A DNA stretch of 64,000 nt from Okamejei kenojei (lineage: Eukaryota). The position numbers were made by a program, and so were the translations under genes. This document shows, piece by piece, positions 26,713 through 39,700 of the stretch (within the stretch, counting starts at the first letter, position 1; each line of letters begins with the position of its first letter). Under the pieces are notes generated by a model that saw only the letters and a program-made list of their open reading frames with translations, was not told the DNA's origin and did no database searches. The stretch lies in assembly GCA_035221665.1 (NCBI GenBank), contig CM069149.1:30194001-30258000 (forward strand), read 5' to 3'.

Positions 26713-27508
26713 GGTCCAGGATGTCTGTGCAGAACATGATTCCAAGATCTGCCTGCACATAATCCATAATCCTCTGTTCACTGCTTCTTAAAAGCCACGA
26801 TCGTATGTGCCTCCACCATCAGGCCTGGCAGCGCGTTCCAGGCACCCACTGCCCTCTGTGTAAAAAACATTCCCTGCACCTTCTTTAAACATTGCCCCCT
26901 GCACCTTACAGATATGCTTTCTAGTTGTTGCTATTTCTAACCTGGAAGAAAAAAGTTTTGCCTACATTATTTATTCCTCAGTTATAACGAGAAACTGGAT
27001 AGGCTGAATTTCCTTTCCCTGGAGACAGATGAGCTGATAGAAGTATACAAAATTATGAGCGGAGTGGAATAGATAGGATTGATAGCAAAAATCTTTTTCC
27101 CATGGTAGATTTGAGGGAATGGGTTTCAAGTGAGAGGGTTGAAAGGGAATTCTTTCACAAAGAGTGTGATCGGAACCTGGAATGTGCTGCCTGAGGCAGT
27201 GGTGGAAGCCGAGACATCACAGCATTTAAGACGCATCTAGACAGCCCCTTGCATCGCATAAGCAGAGGAGACTGAGGTCCATATGCAGTCCATAATAGGA
27301 CTAGTATAGTTGGGTCCAATAATTGGCATGGCCGTGGTGGGCCAAAGGGCCTGTTTGTAATGCTGTACGACTGTTCAGAGTCAGTCAGGGCAAGGGTCCC
27401 TCTGTACATGGGGTCAAGGGTCACTCTGCACACAAGAGCAGTGGGGTCAGGGGTTACTCTGTACACAGTGGGTTGCTCCTACTCTCTGTATACAGGGTAC
27501 TAACTCAC

Positions 27509-27556
27509 TTGTTTCCCTGCAATCTTCATAGCTGTAACACGTCTATCATCGTATTC
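27509..27556 (-). CDS. Micro-exon 14 (48 nt) EYDDRRVTAMKIAGKQ
   Basis: Intact splice sites; +3 nt in frame. Confidence 0.7.
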
Positions 27557-28125
27557 CTAAAACACAAACACACAGGACGTCAGAGGTGGGATCTGCGGCT
27601 GCAATGAAGCAGGAATCCTATCTAAGGCACGGTTAAAGGTGATGGGGGGGCCTCTCCTTACAGGGTATGTGGGGTCAGGGATCACTCTGTGCAAAATGAG
27701 TCATGGGGGCTCTATATACATGGGGAGTGGCGTCAGCAATGTCTATATATAAGTGGGTGGGGTCAGGGGTCACCACACAAGATGCATGGCGTCACTCTAC
27801 ACAATTGAGTGAGGTCAAGGGTCACACTGTAAAGAGGGTGTGGGGTCAAGGGTCACTCTGTATACAAGGCAAGTGGGGTCAGGGGTCACAGGGTGAGTGG
27901 GATCAGGGGTCACTGTATACACAGGTGTGGGGTCAGGGGTCACTGTGTTCACAGGGTGAGTGGGGTCAGGGGTCATTGTGTTCACAGGGTGAATGGGGTC
28001 AGGGGTCACTGTTCACAGGGTGATTGGGGTCAGGGATCACTGTGTTCAAAGGGTGAGTGGGGTCAGGAGTCACTGTGTTCAAAGGGTGAGTGGGGTTGTC
28101 GTCCCCTCTACCTGAACTAACCCAC

Positions 28126-28170
28126 AGGTCTCTCTACCAAGTGGGTCATTGGCTCACGTCCTAAATTATC
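28126..28170 (-). CDS. Micro-exon 13 (45 nt) DNLGREPMTHLVERP
   Basis: AG intact; weaker donor GTgggt. Confidence 0.55.
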
Positions 28171-28497
28171 CTAAAACACAGAAAACACAGCGATAAACTC
28201 ATCAACAGCAGCCTGCAATGGGTAAGGGAGGTTTTAAACCAAATGACCATGTCAATGTGGGGTCAGTGGGGTCACAAAAACACTGTGAGTGGGGTCAGGG
28301 GTCGCCACAGACAGGGTCAGTAGAGTCAGGGTTCACTCTGTGCACAGTGCCAGCGGTCACTACAAAACAGCTGGGTCAAGGGCTATTCTACACACGTGGG
28401 CTGTGGGCTTAGGACTCATTCACTACACAGGCTCAGTGGGCTCAGGGGTCCCTTTATACAGCTTCTGCTACTCTCTGTACGCGGGGTACTAACTCAC

Positions 28498-28545
28498 TTG
28501 TTTCCCTGCAATCTTCATAGCTGTAACACGTCTCTCATCATAGTC
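28498..28545 (-). CDS. Micro-exon 12 (48 nt) DYDERRVTAMKIAGKQ
   Basis: Intact splice sites; one extra codon keeps frame. Confidence 0.7.
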
Positions 28546-29558
28546 CTAAAACACAAACACACAGGACGTCAGAGGTGGAAGTCGGTCTCGGTGATCTGCG
28601 GCTGTGATGAAGCAGACCCAGGGCTGGTGTTCACACCGGGAAACCGGCAAACGGACCACGGAGGCACCGAACGACCACAGCACCGGCGGGGTGGGGGTGA
28701 GTGGCGCAAGTGTCCCTCAGTACTCAGGGTGATTGTGGGGGCAGGGGTGATAGGGGAGAGGGAGCAGTAAGAAATGTATGCACGAGAAGCCCTAGAAAGG
28801 TCAGCAGAGGTGCTGGGGGGGAGGGTTACCTAAAATCTGAGAATTTAATGTTCATGTTGTTGGGTTTTAAGCTACCCAAGCAGAATATGAGTAGTAGTTT
28901 CTCCAGTTCACGTCTCCTCACTCTGGTAATGAAGGAGGCACAGGACAGAAAAGTCAATATGGAAGTAGGAAGGGGAGTTAACATGGTTGGTAACAGGGAG
29001 ATCCAGCAGGCCTCAGTGGACCGACTGTAAGCGGTGAACAACACAGTCTCGCCAATGTTGAGCCGGCCACATCGATTGGAGTAGATGGGGTTATAGTAGG
29101 TGCATTGAATGGAGTAGATGGGGTTATAGTAGGTGCAGGTGAAAGTCTGTCTCACCTGGACAGGTCATCCTTTACATTGGGTCAGTGAGAACAGGGCCCA
29201 GTAATGTCTATACACAAGGTCAGAGGTCACTGAACAAAGGGTCAGAGATATCAGATTGGCACCTCGTGTTCATGAGGCACTCTAACAGTGAGGTCGAAGG
29301 CAACAGATTCAAAATGTACACAGGGTCAAAGTGTTCAGAGGTCCCTTTGCAGAAAAGGCTGGTGTGGCCAGTATTAATTCTGTACACAGGGTCAGTGGAG
29401 TCAGGGGTCACTCCTTACACAAGGTCAGTGGGGTCAGGGGTCACTCCTTACACAAGGTCAGTGGGGTCGGGGGTCACTCCTTACACAAGGGCAGTGGGGT
29501 CAGGAGTCAGTCTACACAGTGGGTTCCTGCTATTCTCTGTACGCGGCTACCAACTCAC

Positions 29559-29603
29559 TTGTTTCTCTGCAAGCTTCATAGCTGTAACACTTCTACCATA
29601 ATC
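29559..29603 (-). CDS. Micro-exon 11 (45 nt) DYGRSVTAMKLAEKQ
   Basis: Intact AG / GTgagtt. Confidence 0.7.
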
Positions 29604-29800
29604 CTAAAACACAAACACACAGGATGTCAGAGGTGGGAGTCGGTCTCGGTGATTTGTGGCTGTGATGAAGCAGACCCAAGTCTGGTGTTCACACCGGGAA
29701 ACCGGCAACCGGACCATAGGGGCACCGAGTGTCGACAGTACCGGCCCCGGGGGACAGGCCCCGCCCGATGCTTGGGTTTGGACAGGAACCCCATCTAAGG

Positions 29801-30201
29801 CAAAGATCCTGTAGCAGAGTTACATAGACCACTCCTGCTAAATGCAATGGGCTGACGTGTAGTACACAATGGAGCAGAACGTGGGCCTTTATTTCATCCA
29901 TTTCCGTAACCCGACCTGGCTCGCAGTGTAATCAACGTTGCGAGGGAACAGTTTGTGTTAATAAATTACAATTCTGAAAATGAGCAGAAGATTTTTTACC
30001 AAATATTGTTTATTTTTACGAGGATGTTTCCGTAACCGGCTTCCATCACCGCATTAGTTATCTTTGCTCCGCTTTGGGATCTTTGGTGCGGAGACGGAAG
30101 CCGGTTACGGAAATGGGGCCTAAAATTACCCATGAATCTGCCCATGACCGTACTACGTCTTTTTCGTCGAGTGATCTATCTTGCTCGCTATAGGATCTTT
30201 G
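29801..30201. mobile_element. hAT-like MITE with 8-bp TSD (atctaagg / atccaagg); copies at 31398-31798, 32988-33388, 34574-34939
   Basis: TIR caaagatcct(g/a)tagc...gctataggatctttg; an 8-bp TSD is typical of hAT. Empty site 'ccccatccaaggcaaggttagag' occurs in other units. Confidence 0.85.
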
Positions 30202-31155
30202 ATCCAAGGCAAGGTTAGAGGTGACTGGGGGCCCTCAGGGAGGTCAGGGGTCACTCTCCTCACAGGGTGAATGGGGTTACTATAGAATGTTGGTGGGGCC
30301 GGGGGTCACTGCACACAGTGTTGGTAAGGTCAGGGGTCGCAATGTACACAGGGTGAGTGGCTCAAGTGTCACTCAGTACTCAGGGTCATTGTGGGGGCAG
30401 GGGTGAAAGGAGAGAGGGAGCAGTAAGAAATGTATGCACGAGAAAACCTAGAATGGTCAGCAGAGGTGCTGGGAGGGAGGTTTACCTAAAATCTGAGAAT
30501 TTAATGTTCATGTTGTTGGGTTTTAAGCTACCCAAGCAGAATATGAGTAGTAGTTTCTCCAGTTCGCATGTCTCCTCACTCTGGTAATGAAGGAGGCACA
30601 GGACAGAAAAGTCAAGATGGAAGTAGGAAGGGGAGTTAACATGGTTGGTAACAGGGAGATCCAGCAGGCCTCAATGGACCGACTGTAAGTGTTCGACAAA
30701 ACAATCTCGCCAATGTTGAGCAGGCCACATCGATAGCATTGAATGGAGTAGATGGGGTAGGAGGTGCAGGTGAACTTCTGTCTCACCTGGACAGGTCATC
30801 CTTTACATTGGGTCAGTGAGAACAGGGGCCAGTAATGTCTAAACACAAGGTCAGGGGTCACTGAAAAAAGGGTCAGAGAAATCAGATTGGCACCTCGTGT
30901 TCAGGAGTCACTCTAACAATAAGGTCGAAGGCAACAGGTTCAAACTGTACACAGGGTCAAAGAGTTCAGAGGTCCCTTTGCACAAAGGCTGGTGTGGCCA
31001 GTGTTAATTCTGTACACAGGGTCAGTGGGGTCAGGGGTCACTCCTTACTCAAGGTCAGTGGGGTCAGGGGTCACTCCTTACACAAGGGCAGTGGGGTCAG
31101 GAGTCAGTCTACACAGTGGGTTCCTGCTATTCTCTGTACGCGGGTACAAACTCAC

Positions 31156-31200
31156 TTGTTTCTCTGCAAGCTTCATAGCTGTAACACTTCTACCATAATC
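31156..31200 (-). CDS. Micro-exon 10 (45 nt) DYGRSVTAMKLAEKQ
   Basis: Intact AG / GTgagtt. Confidence 0.7.
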
Positions 31201-32745
31201 CTAAAACACAAACACACAGGATGTCAGAGGTGGGAGTCGGTCTCGGTGATTTGTGGCTGTGATGAAGCAGACCCAAGGCTGGTATTCACACCGGGAAACC
31301 GGCAACCGGACCAAAGGGGCACCGAGTGTCGACAGTACCGGCCCCAGGGGACAGGCCCCGCCCGATGCCTGGGTTTGGACAGGAACCCCATCTAAGGCAA
31401 AGATCCTGTAGCAGAGTTACATAGACCACTCCTGCTAAATGCAATGGGCTGACGTGTAGTACAAAATGGAGCAGAACGTGGGCCTTTATTTCATCCATTT
31501 CCTTAACCCGACCTGGCTCGCAGTGTAATCAACGTTGCGAGGGAACAGTTTGTGTTAATAAATTACAATTCTGAAAATGAGCAGAAGATTTTTTACCAAA
31601 TATTGTTTATTTTTACGAGGATGTTTCCGTAACCAGCTTCCGTCTCCGCATTAGTTATCTTTGCTCCGCTTTGGGATCTTTGGTGCGGAGACGGAAGCCG
31701 GTTACGGAAATGGGGCCTAAAATTACCCATGAATCTGCCCATGACCGTACTACGTCTTTTTCGTCGAGTGATCTATCTTGCTCGCTATAGGATCTTTGAT
31801 CCAAGGCAAGGTTAGAGGTGACTGGGGGCCCTCAGGGAGGTCAGGGGTCACTCTCCTCACAGGGTGAATGGGGTTACTATAGAATGTTGGTGGGGCCGGG
31901 GGTCACTGCACACAGTGTAGATAGGGTCAGGGGTCGCACTGTACAAGGGTGAGTGGCTCAAGTGTCACTCAGTACTCAGGGTCATTGTGGGGGCAGGGGT
32001 GAAAGGAGAGAGGGAGCAGTAAGAAATGTATGCACGAGAAAACCTAGAATGGTCAGCAGAGGTGGAGGGAGGGTTACCTAAAATCTGAGAATTTAATGTT
32101 CATGTTGTTGGGTTTTAAGCTACCCAAGCAGAATATGAGTAGTAGTTTCTCCAGTTTGCATGTCTCCTCACTCTGGTAATGAAGGAGGCACAGGACAGAA
32201 AAGTCAATATGGAAGTAGGAAGGGGAGTTAACATGGTTGGTAACAGGGAGATCCAGCAGGCCTCAGTGGACCGACTGTAAGTGTTCGACAAAACAATCTC
32301 GCCAATGTTGAGCAGGCCACATCGATAGCATTGAATGGAGTAGATGGGGTAGGAGGTGCAGGTGAACTTCTGTCTCACCTGGACAGGTCATCCTTTACAT
32401 TGGGTCAGTGAGAACAGGGGCCAGTAATGTCTAAACACAAGGTCAGGGGTCACTGAAAAAAGGGTCAGAGAAATCAGATTGGCACCTCGTGTTCAGGAGT
32501 CACTCTAACAATAAGGTCGAAGGCAACAGGTTCAAACTGTACACAGGGTCAAAGAGTTCAGAGGTCCCTTTGCACAAAGGCTGGTGTGGCCAGTGTTAAT
32601 TCTGTACACAGGGTCAGTGGGGTCAGGGGTCACTCCTTACTCAAGGTCAGTGGGGTCAGGGGTCACTCCTTACACAAGGGCAATGGGGTCAGGTCAGTCT
32701 ACACAGTGGGTTCCTGCTATTCTCTGTACGCGGGTACAAACTCAC

Positions 32746-32790
32746 TTGTTTCTCTGCAAGCTTCATAGCTGTAACACTTCTACCATAATC
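32746..32790 (-). CDS. Micro-exon 9 (45 nt) DYGRSVTAMKLAEKQ
   Basis: Intact AG / GTgagtt. Confidence 0.7.
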
Positions 32791-34331
32791 CTAAAACACA
32801 AACACACAGGATGTCAGAGGTGGGAGTCGGTCTCGGTGATTTGTGGCTGTGATGAAGCAGATCCAAGGCTGGTATTCACACCGGGAAACCGGCAACCGGA
32901 CCATAGGGGCACCGAGTGTCGACAGTACCGGCCCCGGGGGACAGGCCCCGCCCGATGCCTGGGTTTGGACAGGAACCCCATCTAAGGCAAAGATCCTGTA
33001 GCAGAGTTACATAGACCACTCCTGCTAAATGCAATGGGCTGACGTGTAGTACAAAATGGAGCAGAACGTGGGCCTTTATTTCATCCATTTCCTTAACCCG
33101 ACCTGGCTCGCAGTGTAATCAACGTTGCGAGGGAACAGTTTGTGTTAATAAATTACAATTCTGAAAATGAGCAGAAGATTTTTTACCAAATATTGTTTAT
33201 TTTTACGAGGATGTTTCCGTAACCAGCTTCCGTCTCCGCATTAGTTATCTTTGCTCCGCTATGGGATCTTTGGTGCGGAGACGGAAGCTGGTTACGGAAA
33301 TGGGGCCTAAAATTACCCATGAATCTGCCCATGACCGTACTACGTCTTTTTCGTCGAGTGATCTATCTTGCTCGCTATAGGATCTTTGATCCAAGGCAAG
33401 GTTAGAGGTGACTGGGGGCCCTCAGGGAGGTCAGGGGTCACTCTCCTGACAGGGTGAATGGGGTTACTATAGAATGTTGGTGGGGCCGGGGGTCACTGCA
33501 CACAGTGTAGATAGGGTCAGGGGTCGCATTGTACAAGGGTGAGTGGCTCAAGTGTCACTCAGTACTCAGGGGTCATTGTGGGGGCAGGGGTGAAAGGGGA
33601 GAGGGAGCAGTAAGAAATGTATGCACGAGAAAACCTAGAATGGTCAGCAGAGGTGGAGGAAGGGTTACCTAAAATCTGAGAATTTAATGTTCATGTTGTT
33701 GGGTTTTAAGCTACCCAAGCAGAATATGAGTAGTAGTTTCTCCAGTTCGCATGTCTCCTCACTCTGGTAATGAAGGAGGCACAGGACAGAAAAGTCAATA
33801 TGGAAGTAGGAAGGGGAGTTAACATGGTTGGTAACAGGGAGATCCAGCAGGCCTCAGTGGACCGACTGTAAGTGTTCGACAAAACAATCTCGCCAATGTT
33901 GAGCAGGCCACATCAATAGCATTGAATGGAGTAGATGGGGTAGGAGGTGCAGGTGAACTTCTGTCTCACCTGGACAGGTCATCCTATACATTGGGTCAGT
34001 GAGAACAGGGCCCAGTAATGTCAATACACAAGGTCAGGGATCACTGAACAAAGGGTCAGAGAAATCAGATTGGCACCTCGTGTTCAGGATTCATTCTAAC
34101 AATAAGGTCGAAGGCAATAGGTTCAAACTGTACACAGGGTCAAAGTGTTCAGAGGTCCTTTTGCACAAAGGCTGGTGTGGCCAGTGTTAATTCTGTACAC
34201 AGGGTCAGTGGGGTCAGGGGTCACTCCTTACACAAGGTCAGTGGGGTCAGGGGTCACTCCTTACACAAGGGCAGTGGGGTCAGTCTACACAGTGGGTTCC
34301 TGCTATTCTCTGTACGCGGGTACTAACTCAC

Positions 34332-34376
34332 TTGTTTCTCTGCAAGCTTCATAGCTGTAACACTTCTACCATAATC
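34332..34376 (-). CDS. Micro-exon 8 (45 nt) DYGRSVTAMKLAEKQ
   Basis: Intact AG / GTgagtt; lies in a ~1.59-kb tandem unit. Confidence 0.7.
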
Positions 34377-35265
34377 CTAAAACACAAACACACAGGATGT
34401 CAGAGGTGGGAGTCGGTCTCGGTGATTTGTGGCTGTGATGAAGCAGACCCAAGGTTGGTGTTCACACCGGGAAACCGGCAACCGGACCATAGGGGCACCG
34501 AGTGTCGACAATACCGGCCCCGGGGGACAGGCCCCGCCCGATGCCTAGGTTTGACCAGGAACCCCATCTAAGCCAAAGATCCTGAAGCAGAACAAGATAG
34601 ACCACTCCTGCTAAGTGCAATGGGCTGACGTGTAGTACGCAATGGAGCGGAACCCAACCCGACTCGCAGTGTAATCAACGTTGCGAAGGAACAGTTTGTG
34701 TTAATAAATTAAAATTCTGAAAATGAGCAGAAGATTTTTACCAAATACATTATTTTACGAGGATGTTTCCGTAACCGGCTTCTGTCTCCGCATTAGTTAT
34801 CTTTGCTCCGCTATGGGATGTTTGTTGCGGAGACGGAAGCCGGTTACGGAAATGGGGCCTAAAATTATCCATGAATCTGCCCATGACCGTACTATGTTTT
34901 TTTCGTCGAGTGATCTATCTTGCTCGCTATAGGATCTTGATCCAAGGCAAGGTTAGAGGTGACTGGGGGCCCTCAGGGAGGACAGGGGTCACTCTCCTCA
35001 CTGGGTGAATGGGGTTACTATAGAATGTTGGTGGGGCCGGGAGTCACTGCACACAGTGTTGGTAGGGTCAGGGGTCGTAATGTACACAGGGTGAGTGGCT
35101 CAGGTGTCCCTCAGTACTCAGGGACAGCGTGGGGGCAAGGGTGATAGGGGGGAGAGGGAGCAGTAAGAAATATATGCACAAGAAAACCTAGAATGGTCAG
35201 CAGAGGTGCTGGGAGGGAGGGTTACCTAAAATCTGAGAATTTAATGTTTATGTTGTTGGGTTTTA

Positions 35266-35503
35266 GAAACATAGAAACATAGAAAATAGGTGCAGGAGTA
35301 GGCCATTCGGCCCTTCGAGCCTGCACCGCCATTCAATATGATCATGGCTGATCATCCAACTCAGTATCCTGTACCTGCCTTCTTGCCATACCCCCTGATC
35401 CCTTTAGCCACAAGGGCCACATCTAACTCCCTCTTAAAAATAGCCAATGAACTGGCCACAACTACCTTCTGTGGCAGAGAATTCCAGAGACTCACCACTC
35501 TCT
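35266..35503 (-). mobile_element. CR1 3' end inserted in one tandem unit only
   Basis: (AGAAACAT)n tail and gtttta TSD; absent from sister units. Confidence 0.88.
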
Positions 35504-36106
35504 GTTTTAAGCTACCCAAGCAGAATATGAGTAGTAGTTTCTCCAGTTCACATGTCTCCTCACTCTGGTAATGAAGGAGGCACAGGACAGAAAAGTCAAT
35601 ATGGAAGTAGGAAGGGGAGTTAACATGGTTGGTAACTGGGAGATCCAGCAGGCCTCAATGGACCGATTGTAAGTGTTCGACAAAACAGTCTCGCCAATGT
35701 TGAGCAAACCACATCGATAGCATTGAATGGAGTAGATGGGGTTATAGGAGGAGCAGGTGAATGTCTGTCTCACCTGGACAGGTCATCCTTGACATAGAGT
35801 CAGTGAGGACTAGGGTCAGTGAGAACAGGGCTCAGTAATGTCTATACTCAAGATCTAAGGGTCAGAGAAATCAGATTGGCACCTAGTGTTCAGGAATCAC
35901 AGTAAGGTCAAAGGCAACAGGGTCAAACTGTACAGAGGGTCAAAGTGTTCAGGGGTCCCTTTGCACAAAGACTGGTGTGGCCAGTGTTCATTCTGTACAC
36001 AGGGTCAGTGGGGTCATGGGTCACTCCTTACACAAGGTCAGTGGGGTCAGGAGTCAGTCTACACAGTAGGTTCCTGCTACTCTATGTACGCGGGGTACCA
36101 ACTCAC

Positions 36107-36151
36107 TTGTTTCTCTGCAAGCTTCATAGCTGTAACACTTCTACCATAATC
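36107..36151 (-). CDS. Micro-exon 7 (45 nt) DYGRSVTAMKLAEKQ
   Basis: tttgtgttttAG / GTgagtt; only frame 0 is stop-free. Confidence 0.7.
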
Positions 36152-36864
36152 CTAAAACACAAACACACAGGACGTCAGAGAGACGGTCTCGGTGATCTGC
36201 GGCTGTGATGAAGCAGACCCAAGGCTGGTGTTCACACCGGGAAACCGGTAACTGGACCATGGGGGCACCAAGTGGTGGCAGCACCGGCCCCGGGGGACAA
36301 GCCCCACCCCATGCCTGGGTTTGTACAGGAACCCCATCGGAGGCAAGGTTAGAGGTGACTGAGGACTCCCGGCATTCCCTCTTTACACAGAGTCAGAGGG
36401 GAAAGGGGTCTCTCTGCCCACAGGCTCAAACAGTTCAGCAGTCATGCTGATTGGGATGAAATAAATAGGGTCGGTGAGAACGGTGATCTCTGTCTCTGTG
36501 CCCAGAGATAGCAGGGACAGGGGTCTGGTTGTGCACTGGGAGAGTGTGGTCACTCCGTACACAGGGACAAGGGGGTCTGGGGACAGAGGCACTCTGTACA
36601 CACAGGCAGTAGGACAGGTAGTCAATGTACAAAGTGTGAGTGCATTCAGGGGTCACTTTGTGCACAGGTCAGTGGATCAGTGGTGACCCTCTCCACAGGA
36701 TGTGATGTCAGGGGTGACCCTGAACATGTGTGGGGCCAGGGGTCAAGGTGACGGTGAACACGGTGCATGGGGTCAGGGGTGACTCTGTGGGGCGAGTGGA
36801 GTCGGCGATCACTGTGTTCACACGGTGGGCAGGGTTGTCCTACCCTCTACCTGAACTAACTCAC

Positions 36865-36909
36865 ATGTTTCGGCGACGGCCTGGTCAATGCTTCAAGTAC
36901 TACATTTTC
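36865..36909 (-). CDS. Micro-exon 6 (45 nt) ENVVLEALTRPSPKH
   Basis: ctgtgttttAG / GTgagtt. Confidence 0.7.
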
Positions 36910-37535
36910 CTAAAACACAGAGACACAGAGATAAGCCCAAAAACAAACTCCAGGTCCTCTCCCGATGTAAATCCGTGCTGACCACGGTCCCTGGGATAAT
37001 CCCCTACACTGGGTGTCACTTCACCCGACATCATCATCCCTTAGATAGGCACAGAAATCTGGAGTCATTCAGCGGATCGGGCAGCATCTCTGGAGAAAAG
37101 GAATAGGTGACGTTTTGGGTTGAGACGCTTTATCATCCTTTATACAGGGGCAGGGGTCACTGGTCACAGTGTCAGTGAGATTGGGGGTTCTGCCTGGATT
37201 CAGGGTCAGCTGTGACTATACAAAGGATCAGAGGTCTCAATGGTCACTCTGCACACAGGGTCCATGGGGAAGAAGTTTCTCTCTAAATAGGGGCAATGGG
37301 GTCAGAGGTGACTGCAGTGAGTGGGGTCAGGGGTCACTATACAACACAAGGTCAGTGGCGACAGGGACTGCTCTGTACTTGGGGTCAGGGGTCAGCCTCT
37401 ACACTGGGCATCAATGGGGGTCAGGTGTTACTCTGTACCTTGGGATCAGTTACAAACTCCGAGCAGATAGGTTGCTACTCTACAGAATCAATGGTGACAA
37501 TGACCGCTGCATTGTTGTACAAAGGACACACTCAC

Positions 37536-37580
37536 TCGTTTCTCTGGAGTTTGAACTGTCATCATACTTCTATAGATGGC
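37536..37580 (-). CDS. Micro-exon 5 (45 nt) AIYRSMMTVQTPEKR
   Basis: ttgtgttttAG / GTgagtg. Confidence 0.7.
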
Positions 37581-38129
37581 CTAAAACACAAAAAGAATGT
37601 CAACAGATCTGAAAAGGAGAGGACAGGGTCAGACTACCCGGGATGGGTGGGGTCAGTGGACATGGGATGGGTGGGGTCAGGGTGGGTGGGAGAGTGTCAG
37701 TGTACACGGGATGGGTGGAGAGGGTCAGAAGTTAATGATCTTACGGTCTAGAGCTCTGGTGTCACCATCCTCAGGGTGAGAGTTGGGTGAACGTTGCTGT
37801 GTGAACGCATTGTCCACTTGGCACACGTACTCAGGCTTCGCAGCAGTCTGTGGGGCACTGTACACACGTGCCTGTGTACATAGTTGGCATACACCCCAGT
37901 ATATGCAGGTGTGCACAGGGCCAGTGTCAATAGGACTCCCTCTGAGTGACGTTACTGGGTGACATCCAAAGAAGGGTGTTGTGGAGCAGGGAAGGTGCAT
38001 GGAAATAAGGCTCCGGTGGGGATGGTGAATACAGTGGTGTTATTGGCTGTAAAGGATGATTAATGTCCTGGTAAAATTCAGTGAATCAGAAGCACAGAAT
38101 CCTCAACACAATCGCCGGCGAGGCAACAA

Positions 38130-39700
38130 CGAACGCTGTCCGTCCAATATGTGCGGCCTCAACCAAATACCACAAAAGCCTGATGTCACCAGTGACACCT
38201 CTAATGCCCTCCAACACCTTGCCTGTTTGCAATTCTCTGGTGCTCACCATGGACATACAGTCTCTTTACATCACCATCCCACATCACGAGTGTCAATTGA
38301 GCCTCCACTTGTTCCTTGAATAGAGGCCCAACCAATTCCCCAGCCCAACACACCCATTCACCTGGCCCAAAGTCCTCACAGTGAACAATTTATTCTTGAA
38401 CTCCACCCACTGGTGCAGCTGTGGGCACTCGCATGAGCTCAAGCCACGGCTGACTTGTTATGGAACAGTCCTTGTGTCAGTCCTATCTGAACCCATTCCC
38501 CCAACTTTTCTCGCAGTGCATCCATGACTACCTTCGTGCTGCTTCCTGCACTCATGTTGAACTCGAATATTTCATCACTTTTGCTGCCAATTCAACCCTG
38601 TCCTCACCTTCAAATGGTCAATCACTGACTCTTTCCTTCTCCTTTCTGGACATCTCAATCTCCATCTCAGACGTGCCACTAAGACTCGTTGCAAGCCTAT
38701 CGACTACCGCAGCTTTCTGGACTACTCTTCGTCCTGCCTTCTGCAAGGACTCTGCTCTACTCTCCCAGCCCTTCCATCTCCGTCGTGTTTGCTCTGATGA
38801 AGAGACTTTCTGTACAGGTGTCTCTGGAATGTCTTCCTTCTTCCTCAACACCGGCTTCCCCATTACCACTCTTAACAAAGCTCTTGACTGCATCTGATCC
38901 ATTACCCATGCCTCTGCTCTCACCCACTCCTACGAAACAGAACAAGAATCGAGTTCCCCTGGTCCTCACCTCCCACCCCACCACCCTATGCATCCAACAG
39001 ATCACTCTCTCCCATTTCTGCCGCCTCCAGACACATCTCCCTCTCTCCTTCCCTTTCTGTATTTCACAGGGAACGTTCCCTCCATGGCTCCCTGGTTTCT
39101 GTTCGCACCAACCACCCTGTTTCTTACAGCACTTTCCCCGCACCTACAGGTGATACATTTGTCTTTTCACCTCTTCCCACTATTCAGGGACGCAAAATAG
39201 TTTATCCAGGTGAAGTAGTCATTACAATCTAGTGGACTGCATTCAGTGTTCACAGCATGGTCTCCTCCACACTGGGGAAACCAAAATGATTGAGTAAACG
39301 CTTTGTGGAACATCTGCCTTCAGACCACAGGGTATAGGAATAGATAGACATCGCGACTGGCCGGCTTAGATGAGGTGAGCTTAAGGCCAGTTCCTGCTCT
39401 GTACGATTCCATGATTCATAGTATTTGCTGCTCGAGATATAATCTCCTCTGCACCAAGGAGACTAAATGCAGGGTGAACTCTGTGGAGAACCAAAAACGG
39501 GCCGAACTTTCAGTTGTCCATCACATTAATCTGCCCTCTCACTTCCATCTCATGCTCGGCCTCATTCATACTTCCAAGGAAACCGTGAGAAATTGCACCT
39601 CGTCTCCTAGCAAGCACTGAATACCTGGGCAATCCATACCTGATATCAACCGCCAGATCAGCAGCACTACCGCTTGCAATTCGATTTCCAGCACCTGTAA
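38130..39700 (+). mobile_element. Degenerate Penelope-like element (RT plus GIY-YIG remnants)
   Basis: Frameshifted motifs LTMDIQSLY.TIPH, FLDISISI, RLRRVCS-like, RVPLVLT.HP, and a CIQCS..GLLHTGET zinc-knuckle/GIY-YIG segment. Confidence 0.85.

Larger units (their letters stand above)
15170..28200. repeat. Mosaic segmental duplications of a two-exon (DY.. / DNL..) unit
   Basis: 15177-16390 ~ 19035-20270; 17900-19030 ~ 20297-21393; CR1-derived block repeated at ~21.4-22.3, 24.6-26.0 and 26.7-27.4 kb. Confidence 0.88.
28680..36360. repeat. Five near-identical ~1.6-kb tandem units, one micro-exon each
   Basis: Exon starts 29559, 31156, 32746, 34332, 36107 (spacing 1597, 1590, 1586, 1775 nt); shared Penelope fragment, and a MITE in each of the four intervals. 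Confidence 0.92.
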
